DNA of 64,000 nucleotides from positions 76,768 to 140,767 of the forward strand of contig CAZPYM010000001.1 in assembly GCA_964590105.1 (NCBI GenBank). Direction: 5' to 3'. This document shows positions 29,981-38,229 of this stretch, piece after piece. Made by a program: the position numbers and the translations under genes. Each line of letters starts with the position of its first letter. The first letter of the stretch is position 1. This stretch comes from an uncultured Gammaproteobacteria bacterium. Its GTDB lineage: Bacteria; Patescibacteriota; Patescibacteriia; UBA11705; JABHMO01. The notes under the pieces are model-generated. The model saw only the letters and a list, made by a program, of their open reading frames with translations, searched no databases and was not told where the DNA came from.

Positions 29981-31345
29981 ATGAATTTAGAGAATACAAA
30001 AAAAGTTTTTATAAGCGGCATTGGCGGCATCGGCGTTTCAGCCCTGGCGCGGTTTTTTATTAGCAAAAGAATTGAAGTTGTTGGCTCTGATTCAGAAAAG
30101 TCGGAGATAACTGAAGCGTTGGAAAAAAGAGGCATTAGAATTTATTACGATCAAAAAGCGGAAAATGTTACTTTTGCCAATGACTTGTTTGTTTATTCGG
30201 CAGCTGTTCCTCTTGATAATCAGGAAAGAAAAAAGGCCAAAGAACTCGGGCTCCCGCAAAAAAGTTATTTTGAAGTTCTGGGCGAGATCAGCCGGCTTTA
30301 TAACACGGTGGCGGTTTCCGGCACTAATGGCAAATCAACAACCACGGCCATGATTGCCGGCATTTTGCTCAAGGCTAGGAAAGATCCGACCGTGATCCTT
30401 GGCTCTTGTTTTGAAAAGTTGGACAACAATTTTCGCGCCGGCGCGTCAGACCTTTTTGTTGTCGAGGCCTGCGAATATCGGGCGCACATGCTCCTGCTTC
30501 ATCCTCAAACAATCGTTCTGACAAATATTGAGGAGGATCATTTGGATTTTTACAAAGACATCAATCATATTGTGCAGACATTTCAACAGTATGTAAAAGG
30601 GCTTCGTTCGGAAGACAATTTATTGGTAATGAACAGCGATGATGTAAATATCCGGAAAATGGCTTTGCCGAAATGCAAAATTGTGCGATTCGGATTGATC
30701 GGCGGCACTGACGTGTGGGCTGACAATATCCGCAAATTGCCGGGTAAGCAAATTTTTAATGTTATTTATTACGGCCAAAATATCGGTGAATTTGAGCTCA
30801 GCGTGCCGGGTGATTTTAATATTTATAATGCGCTTGGCGCCATTGCCTATTGCCTGACTCTGAATATTTCGATTGGCGAGGTGAAAGAAGCGATTCGCGA
30901 GTTCAGGGGAATCTGGCGGCGATTTCAAATTATCAAAGACAAAGAAATAACTGTGATTTCTGATTACGCTCATCACCCGACCGCTATTAGAGAAACAATT
31001 AAGGGCGCACGGGAATTTCTACCGGGCCGCCGCGTGGTGGCGGTTTTCCAGCCGCATCAGCGCGATAGAACAAAAAAGCTATTGGCTGAATTTGCCAAAA
31101 GTTTTGATTTGGCTGATGCAGTGATTTTGTCGGAAATATATGATGTTGCCGGCCGCGAGCAGGAGATTGCTATTAGTTCAAATGATTTGGCGGGGATTAT
31201 GAAAAAAGAAAAACCAAGTAAGCAGATATTTTTTGTCAAAGATCTGAATGAAACAAAAGAAAAAATTAAAGAGATTGTAAAAGATGAAGATATTGTTTTG
31301 GTAATGGGGGCGGGGGATATTTATAAGATTGTTAAGGAAATTTAA
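29981..31345 (+). CDS. murC: UDP-N-acetylmuramate--L-alanine ligase
   Basis: GIGGIGVS, SGTNGKST, VEACE, EDHLD, DYAHHPT, FQPH, MGAGDI. Confidence 0.96.
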   Translation: MNLENTKKVFISGIGGIGVSALARFFISKRIEVVGSDSEKSEITEALEKRGIRIYYDQKAENVTFANDLFVYSAAVPLDNQERKKAKELGLPQKSYFEVLGEISRLYNTVAVSGTNGKSTTTAMIAGILLKARKDPTVILGSCFEKLDNNFRAGASDLFVVEACEYRAHMLLLHPQTIVLTNIEEDHLDFYKDINHIVQTFQQYVKGLRSEDNLLVMNSDDVNIRKMALPKCKIVRFGLIGGTDVWADNIRKLPGKQIFNVIYYGQNIGEFELSVPGDFNIYNALGAIAYCLTLNISIGEVKEAIREFRGIWRRFQIIKDKEITVISDYAHHPTAIRETIKGAREFLPGRRVVAVFQPHQRDRTKKLLAEFAKSFDLADAVILSEIYDVAGREQEIAISSNDLAGIMKKEKPSKQIFFVKDLNETKEKIKEIVKDEDIVLVMGAGDIYKIVKEI

Positions 31346-31478
31346 TGCGAATATGCTTATCTGCGAATGCCGCGAATATGCGAATAGCACAATGGAAGAA
31401 GCCTTCGCGCAAGTGATTAGTTCTTGTAGCAATTTGTGTATTCGCGGCATCCGCATGATCTATAATTCGCATAACTAT

Positions 31479-31866
31479 ATGGATGAAGATAAAATAATAC
31501 ACAAGCAATTATCCTACGATATTAATGGGTTATTATTTCGAGTTCATAATGAGCTTGGTAAATATTGCAATGAGAAGCAGGTCGGCGACTTGCTCGAGCA
31601 GTTTTTAAAAGAGGAAGGGTACAATTATGAAAGAGAAAAAAATTGTTCCGCCGTTATTTGAGAATGAAAAGCCAGGACGCAACCGTGTTGATTTTGTGAT
31701 TGAAAGTAAAGTTGTTATAGAGCTTAAAGTAAAGAGAATTTTATCTCGTGAAGACTATTACCAGCTTCGTCGATATTTAAAAGCATTGAATTTTAAATTA
31801 GGGATATTGGTAAATTTTCGTAGCGATTATTTAGCGCCAAAAAGAGTTTTAAATTCAATAGCTTAG
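31479..31866 (+). pseudogene. GxxExxY (PD-(D/E)xK) family protein, frameshifted in A7 run
   Basis: LSYDING..FRVHNELG...NEK then DFVIESKVVIELK...Q..RYLK..GILVNF in the next frame; A7 at 31636-31642. Confidence 0.8.
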
Positions 31867-31938
31867 CTTTAACTATTCATCTATTCGTTTATTCGCATAT
31901 TTGCATCATTCGCATAGTCTCTAATTCGCATAAACCAT

Positions 31939-32097
31939 ATGGAGGAGTTAGCTCGAAAAAAAGGAAGATTAAAAAAGCAACAAAAAAAGAAATTGGCTAA
32001 ATCATCAAGTACGCTGGCGGGTCAGGCGTCAAGAATGAAAACAGCCAAAGGATATTTCGGTCGGCGCGAGGCAGGCGTTAAAATTAAGTTTGATTAA
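31939..32097 (+). CDS. small basic hypothetical protein (52 aa)
   Basis: MEELARKKGRLKKQQKKKLAK...KIKFD; below the ORF-track cutoff; fills the gap before murB. Confidence 0.45.
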   Translation: MEELARKKGRLKKQQKKKLAKSSSTLAGQASRMKTAKGYFGRREAGVKIKFD

Positions 32098-32124
32098 GTT
32101 GAAATGGCTTGGTATAATATGGAT

Positions 32125-33072
32125 ATGAAAGAGCAATTAATGAAAAAAATAGGTCTGGAAGTTTTGGAAAATGAATTATTGGCAAATTACACTACTTTTA
32201 AAATTGGCGGCCCAGCCAAATTTTTTGTTAGAGTGAACAACAAAGCTGATTTATTTAAGACATTAAAAGCAGTCAAGGAATTTGATCTGCCTTTTTTTAC
32301 TTTGGGTGGCGGCAGTAATGTCCTCGTGGCGGACAAAGGTTTTGATGGTCTAGTTATCAAATTGCATGACGGGCAGGCTGAATTTTCCGGGCAAACTGTT
32401 AAAATTTTTGCCGGCCATAGCTGGGCCGGATTGATTCGGGAATGTGTAAAAAAGGGGCTTGGCGGGCTGGAATTTGGCGCCAATATTCCGGGCACGGTTG
32501 GCGGTGCTGTTTACGGCAATGCGGGAGCCTATGGCAAGGGAGCCGGCGATTATATTCAAAGCGTGGAAGTCATTTGTCTGGATGACAATGAAATCAATCT
32601 TAAAATTTTAACCAAAGATGATTGCGCGTTCAATTACCGCGACAGTATTTTTAAAAAACATAAAGATTGGATTATCAGTGAAATTGTTTTTAAGCTTGAG
32701 CGCGATGAAAAAGCCATTGAAAAATTAAAACAAATTGAAAATGAATGGCAGAGTCGCTGTGACAAACAGCCACTGAATCTTCCGAGCGCCGGTTGTTCAT
32801 TCAAAAATGTCATATATACCGGCGAGCTTGATCGTTTCAAAGAATGGGAAATAAAGGGCAAATTGCCGGCCGCCAAGTTTATTGAAGATGCGGATTTAAA
32901 GGGTATGAAAATTGGCGGTGCCTTGGTTTCCGATAAGCACGCAAATTTTATTGTTAATACCGGCAATGCCAAAGCGGACGATATTGTCCAGCTGATCAGC
33001 GTGATCAAAACCAGAGTGCGCAATGAGTTTGGCGTTCAGCTGGAAGAAGAGATTCAGTATGTGGGGTTTTGA
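32125..33072 (+). CDS. murB: UDP-N-acetylenolpyruvoylglucosamine reductase
   Basis: TTFKIGGPA, GGGSNVL, IPGTVGGAVYGNAGAYG, SAGCSFKN, SDKHANF, LEEEI. Confidence 0.96.
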   Translation: MKEQLMKKIGLEVLENELLANYTTFKIGGPAKFFVRVNNKADLFKTLKAVKEFDLPFFTLGGGSNVLVADKGFDGLVIKLHDGQAEFSGQTVKIFAGHSWAGLIRECVKKGLGGLEFGANIPGTVGGAVYGNAGAYGKGAGDYIQSVEVICLDDNEINLKILTKDDCAFNYRDSIFKKHKDWIISEIVFKLERDEKAIEKLKQIENEWQSRCDKQPLNLPSAGCSFKNVIYTGELDRFKEWEIKGKLPAAKFIEDADLKGMKIGGALVSDKHANFIVNTGNAKADDIVQLISVIKTRVRNEFGVQLEEEIQYVGF

Positions 33073-33150
33073 AGTCGTATGTGAGAAGTGATAAGTGAAA
33101 TTGAAAGAAAAGATCGCAACCCCAATTTCTAGTTTCCAATTTCCAATTAT

Positions 33151-33765
33151 ATGTACCATCGTTCAATACTGCGAGCTGTTCTTAATTACAAAATTAATAT
33201 TGTAATTAAAGTTTTGATTTTTTCGGATTTTATGATTTTTGCGGCCAGTAATTTACTGTCGCCGATTTTTGCCATTTTTATCATTAGCAGGATCCCTAGC
33301 GCCGGTCTGGAGACGGTTGGTCTTTGCGCGGCAATTTATTTTATTTCAAAGGCCGTCTTTGAATTGCCGGTCGGCCGGTTTATTGACAAAACGCGCTCAG
33401 AAAAAGACGATCTGTATACCGCGCTTTTGGGAACGATTTTAACGGCCGCGGTATATCTGGCTTATATTTTCATTAATTCAACCTGGCAGCTGTATCTCAG
33501 CAACATAATTTTGGGCGCCGGAGCCGCTCTGGCCTATCCCGGTTGGTATTCAATTTTTACCCGGCATGTTGATACAGACAAAAAAGGCGTTGAGTGGAGT
33601 CTGTATGATGTGATGATGGGTCTCGGAATGTCAATTTCCGCCGCGCTTGGAGCTTTTATTGCGGATTATTATGGGTTTAATGTTCTGTTTGTTCTAATCT
33701 TTGTCTTTACCGTGATTGGTGCATTATTACTGCTTTCAATAAAAAATAAAATTTACACCAGATGA
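33151..33765 (+). CDS. half-size MFS-type transporter
   Basis: 6 TM helices, ELPVGRFID motif-A-like segment. Confidence 0.75.
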   Translation: MYHRSILRAVLNYKINIVIKVLIFSDFMIFAASNLLSPIFAIFIISRIPSAGLETVGLCAAIYFISKAVFELPVGRFIDKTRSEKDDLYTALLGTILTAAVYLAYIFINSTWQLYLSNIILGAGAALAYPGWYSIFTRHVDTDKKGVEWSLYDVMMGLGMSISAALGAFIADYYGFNVLFVLIFVFTVIGALLLLSIKNKIYTR

Positions 33766-33820
33766 TTTTAGCGGGATGGATGTCGGTTAAAATATAAATC
33801 GCATTAATAACAAAATAATT

Positions 33821-34117
33821 ATGCAAATCAACATCAAGGCAACCAACATTGAGCTTACCGCCCCGATCAAGGCGCACGTGAATGAAAAATTCAGTTCTCT
33901 GGACAAGTATTTTAATAATATTCAGCTGATTGACATCGAGATCGGCAAAACCCGCAAGAATCAGCAAAAAGGCGACATCTTTTTTTGCGAGGCCAATGTC
34001 AGCGTGCCGCGAAAATTACTGCGCTTCCGCAAAGAGTTTTCCGATTTAATCAAGGCGATAAATGAGGCAAAAAAGGGAATTCAGAATGAAATAACAAAAT
34101 ACAAGGATAAGCTCTAG
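33821..34117 (+). CDS. hpf: ribosome hibernation factor (RaiA/HPF, short form)
   Basis: MQINIKATNIELT.., KF..LDKYF, DL..AI; typical hpf-secA synteny. Confidence 0.88.
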   Translation: MQINIKATNIELTAPIKAHVNEKFSSLDKYFNNIQLIDIEIGKTRKNQQKGDIFFCEANVSVPRKLLRFRKEFSDLIKAINEAKKGIQNEITKYKDKL

Positions 34118-34280
34118 TTGATAACGATAACAATTTAATTTAATTATAATAAACCGTCGCCATTGCGGCGGTTTGTTTATTTCCGGGCGGATATACTGGG
34201 TATTCAAAGTGTTGTTTTATTCATTGTTCATAGAGGCAGTTTTATAATTTTTACGAGTAATACTTATTTAGCCGGTGGGG

Positions 34281-34454
34281 GTTTGGGGGTAAATTGCTGA
34301 GCCAGTGGCCGTGGCTGTCGTACGAAGCAACATCAACGTGCTGTCTAGTATTGAGCACACTAACGTGACGAGGAGGAGTGAGAACCACGAAAAAGATGCT
34401 CTGACGCGAATCAATTATCCCCCAAACTTTTGTTACTTTTGGTTACAAAAGTAA
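34281..34454. repeat. palindrome-bounded structured intergenic element (MITE/REP-like or ncRNA)
   Basis: GTTTGGGGG-T-AAATTG...CAATT-AT-CCCCCAAAC terminal inverted repeat, internal stems, then TTACTTTTG-GTTA-CAAAAGTAA hairpin resembling 29823-29848. Confidence 0.55.
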
Positions 34455-34576
34455 ACACAGGTATTGAAATTGCGCTAATGACAGGAGGGGTGCTGTTTTT
34501 TGTTTGAAAACAACGGACACTTGTTTTTTGGCTTGAAAAATGCTAGAATGCTGGTATTGATTTAGAAAAAAATAAT

Positions 34577-37336
34577 ATGTTTAAAAAGTTTTTTAAAGAT
34601 CCAAACCAAAAAGTGCTGGATAAAATGCAGCCAATGGTGGATAGCATCAACGCGCTTGAAGCTGAAATAGAAAAATTGACTGACGAAGAGCTGAAGCAGA
34701 AAACCGAGGAATTAAAAGCGCAAATAAAATCAGGAAAAACACTTGACGATATAATGGCGCCTGCTTTTGCCGTGGCGCGAGAAGCCAATCGTCGGACAAT
34801 TGGGATCAGGCACTATGATGTTCAGCTTATCGGCGGCATAGTCCTGCACCGCGGTGAAATAGCGGAAATGAAAACCGGCGAGGGAAAAACTCACGTGGCC
34901 GCCCTGGCTTTGTATTTAAACGCGCTGGCCGGCAAAGGCGCGCACTTGATCACGGTAAATGATTATCTGGCTCAGCGCGACGCCGGCTGGAACGGCCCGG
35001 CCAATCACTTGCTCGGGCTTTCGACCGCTTGTCTTATCAATCAGCAGGCGCTTATTTACGATCCTGAATATATTAATGAACAAACAAAAGACAAACGTAT
35101 TCAGCAACTTCGTCCGTGCACGAGAAAAGAAGCATATCTGGCCGACATTACCTACGGCACCAATAGCGAATTTGGTTTTGATTATCTGCGTGACAATATG
35201 GTTCCGCGACTCGATGATCAGGCGCAACGCTCATTGTATTTTGCGATTGTGGATGAAGTTGACTCAGTTTTAATTGACGAGGCAAGGACGCCTTTGATTA
35301 TTTCCGCTCCGGCCGAAGAATCAGCCAAGCTTTATCAAAAATTTTCTCAATTAGTGCCGCGCTTGGTGGAAAACCGTTCAATCGGGCCAAATCCAAAAGC
35401 TGAGCAGACAATAACCGGCGAAGGCGATTATAATGTTGATGAAAAAATGCGCACCGCGACTCTGACAGACAAAGGAATCGCCAAAGTTGAAAAAATGCTG
35501 GGCATTGGCAATATTTATAATGAAGGCGGAATCCAAATGGTGCATCATCTGGAGCAGGCTCTGAATGCGCACGCGCTCTACAAACGTGACCGGGATTATG
35601 TTGTGAAGGACGGTGAAGTGATTATTATTGACGAATTTACCGGCCGGCTGATGCATGGACGGCGATATTCTGAAGGACTGCATCAGGCGATCGAAGCTAG
35701 AGAGGGCGTTGAGGTGCAAAAAGAAAGTCGGACACTGGCGACCATTACTATTCAAAATTATTTTCGCATGTATGAAAAATTGTCTGGCATGACCGGCACG
35801 GCGGCTACGGAAGCGGAAGAGTTTTCTAAAATATACAAATTGGACGTGACTTTGATTCCGACCAACAGCCCGATAATTCGAAAAGATCTTCCTGACAGAA
35901 TTTATTCTTCAGAACAAGGAAAATTCCAAGCGGTTGCCCGTGAGATCAAGCGCCTGCATGAAAAAGGCCAGCCGGTTCTGGTGGGTACGATTTCCATTGA
36001 AAGAAATGAAGTCTTGTCCGCGCTATTGAAAAAAGAGGGCATTCCGCATGAATTGCTCAATGCCAAAAATCATGAAAATGAAGCGCAAATTCTGGCGCAG
36101 GCTGGACGCGAGGGCGCGGTAACCGTGGCGACCAATATGGCCGGACGCGGCGTGGATATCAAGCTTGGTGGCGATGGCGCTTCAGAAGAAGAACATGAAA
36201 AAGTTAAAAATCTCGGCGGGCTCTTTGTGCTCGGCACGGAAAGACACGAAGCCAGGCGCATAGACAATCAGCTCCGTGGCCGCAGTGGCCGACAGGGCGA
36301 TCCTGGAGCTTCTCAATTTTATATTTCACTTGAGGATGATCTGATGCGCATTTTCGGATCCGAAAGAATAAAAAATATAATGCAGCGCCTCGGCGTGCCG
36401 GAAGATCAGCCGATTGAAAATAAATTTATTTCGAGCGGCATTGAAAAAGCGCAACTCCGAGTTGAGGGCAATAATTTTGATGTTAGGAAACATTTGGTTG
36501 AATATGATGACGTGATGAATAAACAGCGCGAAATTATTTACAAAAGAAGAAAAGAAATTTTGCGGTCAGCGGCGAAAAATCCGGAAAGTTCAAAAAAAGT
36601 AATCTGGCAGCTGATTGAAGGCGAAATAGATCAGTTGGTTTCTTTTCATACAGCCGGCGCAGATCAAGCGCAATGGAATTTACAGGAAATTTGCGAAGTG
36701 GCTGGAACTATTTTCCCTTTTACCGGCGATTCCTGCGCTACAATTGAAAGCATAGAAAAAATTGCCGGCGATAGGGCGCAGGATGCGGTGGCCAGAACGA
36801 ATATTATAAATTTTTTACTTAAAATCGCCAAGGAACAATACGAACTGTTGGAGAAAAGTGTAATTGAGAGGACCGGCAACGTGGAAAATATGAGAATGGT
36901 TGAACGCGAAGTAATGATTCGCAGTATTGATAATTTGTGGGTTGATCATCTGGATGCTATTAACGCGCTACGATCTGGAATTGGTTTGCGTGGCTATGGC
37001 CAGCGAGATCCGCTGATTGAATTTCAAAAAGAATCATACCGGATGTTTACGCAGCTGCAAAATTTGATTCAAAAACAAGTTGTTTACACTATCTTTAAAA
37101 TAAGTTTTGCCGGCCAGATGGCCGCGTCGGTCATGCAAGATCAAAACGCGCGCACGAGCGATATCAAGAGCGATTCGCAATTCAAAAACACGGGAGCTGA
37201 TCCGTATGCCCGGGCCCGCAAATCAGATGCGCCGATTATTACGCCAAAAACCCGCGATTCTTCCGGCGATAAAGTCGGCAGAAATGATCCGTGTCCATGC
37301 GGAAGCGGAAAAAAATATAAAAAGTGTTGCGAGTAA
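34577..37336 (+). CDS. secA: preprotein translocase ATPase SecA
   Basis: EMKTGEGKT, IVDEVDSVLIDEARTPLIIS, VATNMAGRG, QLRGRSGRQGDPG, SEC-C GRNDPCPCGSGKKYKKC. Confidence 0.98.
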   Translation: MFKKFFKDPNQKVLDKMQPMVDSINALEAEIEKLTDEELKQKTEELKAQIKSGKTLDDIMAPAFAVAREANRRTIGIRHYDVQLIGGIVLHRGEIAEMKTGEGKTHVAALALYLNALAGKGAHLITVNDYLAQRDAGWNGPANHLLGLSTACLINQQALIYDPEYINEQTKDKRIQQLRPCTRKEAYLADITYGTNSEFGFDYLRDNMVPRLDDQAQRSLYFAIVDEVDSVLIDEARTPLIISAPAEESAKLYQKFSQLVPRLVENRSIGPNPKAEQTITGEGDYNVDEKMRTATLTDKGIAKVEKMLGIGNIYNEGGIQMVHHLEQALNAHALYKRDRDYVVKDGEVIIIDEFTGRLMHGRRYSEGLHQAIEAREGVEVQKESRTLATITIQNYFRMYEKLSGMTGTAATEAEEFSKIYKLDVTLIPTNSPIIRKDLPDRIYSSEQGKFQAVAREIKRLHEKGQPVLVGTISIERNEVLSALLKKEGIPHELLNAKNHENEAQILAQAGREGAVTVATNMAGRGVDIKLGGDGASEEEHEKVKNLGGLFVLGTERHEARRIDNQLRGRSGRQGDPGASQFYISLEDDLMRIFGSERIKNIMQRLGVPEDQPIENKFISSGIEKAQLRVEGNNFDVRKHLVEYDDVMNKQREIIYKRRKEILRSAAKNPESSKKVIWQLIEGEIDQLVSFHTAGADQAQWNLQEICEVAGTIFPFTGDSCATIESIEKIAGDRAQDAVARTNIINFLLKIAKEQYELLEKSVIERTGNVENMRMVEREVMIRSIDNLWVDHLDAINALRSGIGLRGYGQRDPLIEFQKESYRMFTQLQNLIQKQVVYTIFKISFAGQMAASVMQDQNARTSDIKSDSQFKNTGADPYARARKSDAPIITPKTRDSSGDKVGRNDPCPCGSGKKYKKCCE

Positions 37337-37351
37337 TGTTTTTTGAAAAAT

Positions 37352-37741
37352 ATGCTCAATAAAAAATTACCAAAAATTATAAAGAATATTGGTTTTGATT
37401 TTGATTGGAGTGAGAACAAAGTTTGGGCACTTGATTTTCCGGTCGAAGAAATGTTGCTTTCGGATTTGGCCTGGCATTTTGACATACCATTTTGGGATTT
37501 TTCGGATGATAGTTATAATCTCTCGCCCAATCAAGTTATTTCCGACCCTGAAAAGTACAAAATTGAATATGATCGGACAATGAAAGCTGATTTGTCATAT
37601 CCAATTGATATTATGGAAAATAAAGGGCGTTGGTTGATACTTGATGGCCTGCACCGGCTTGTTAAGTTGAAAATTCTCGATTACAACAAAGTTAGTGTCA
37701 GAAAAATACCAAGGACAGAAATTCCGAAAATTCAAAAATAA
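37352..37741 (+). CDS. ParB/Sulfiredoxin-like domain protein
   Basis: DLSYPIDI...ILDGLHRL. Confidence 0.65.
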   Translation: MLNKKLPKIIKNIGFDFDWSENKVWALDFPVEEMLLSDLAWHFDIPFWDFSDDSYNLSPNQVISDPEKYKIEYDRTMKADLSYPIDIMENKGRWLILDGLHRLVKLKILDYNKVSVRKIPRTEIPKIQK

Positions 37742-37778
37742 TTTTACTGTATATTTTTAAAAATTTATTTTATCAAAT

Positions 37779-37961
37779 AAAAAAAACGAGCTATCCATTT
37801 ATACTTAGGATAGCTCTTGTGAACCTTGATCAGGAGGGCGCGTCCGAGCGACGCCGGGCAGGCGAGTGACAAACCTTCGTTCGGTTCAAAACAGTCTGTT
37901 TCAACCCGGCCGACCTGATCCCTTCCGCCCGGCTTCTGCATTGACGAAGCCTTTCGGAATC
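37779..37961 (-). ncRNA. unclassified GC-rich structured small RNA (~180 nt)
   Basis: Minus-strand promoter; stems UUCCG/CGGAA, GGCUUC/GAAGCC, GAUCAGG/CCUGAUC, GCCGGG/CCCGGC; terminator GAGCUAUCC...GGAUAGCUC-G-U8. Confidence 0.6.
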
Positions 37962-37967
37962 AGATGT

Positions 37968-37996
37968 ATAATAGCATGGCTACTATGTTTTGTCAA
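37968..37996 (-). promoter_or_regulatory. sigma70 promoter with extended -10
   Basis: TTGACA-17 nt-(TGc)TATTAT on minus strand. Confidence 0.75.
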
Positions 37997-38229
37997 GCTT
38001 AGGCGGCGTTGCTACAAACAGAAACCTTTTTGTACACAGAGAGGTTTTTTTGATTGTGATATAGTAAAATTATATGGCGGAATTATTTAAAGGAAATTAT
38101 TGGATCAAATCAACGCATTTGACGACTTTGAATTATGCTTGGTTTATGAATGTGGTTTTGTGGTTGCAAAATTAATTTAAATGAGCTAGAATATCTGCGA
38201 GTGCAATTCTTAAATTATTTATTGATTTT

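Noticed and set aside
34281-34454. raiA-motif RNA
   Set aside because: It lies downstream rather than upstream of hpf/raiA, and shares a hairpin with a dispersed repeat; no positive motif evidence.
37866-38090. 74-aa plus-strand ORF
   Set aside because: No motif or RBS; overlaps the minus-strand promoter and structured RNA.
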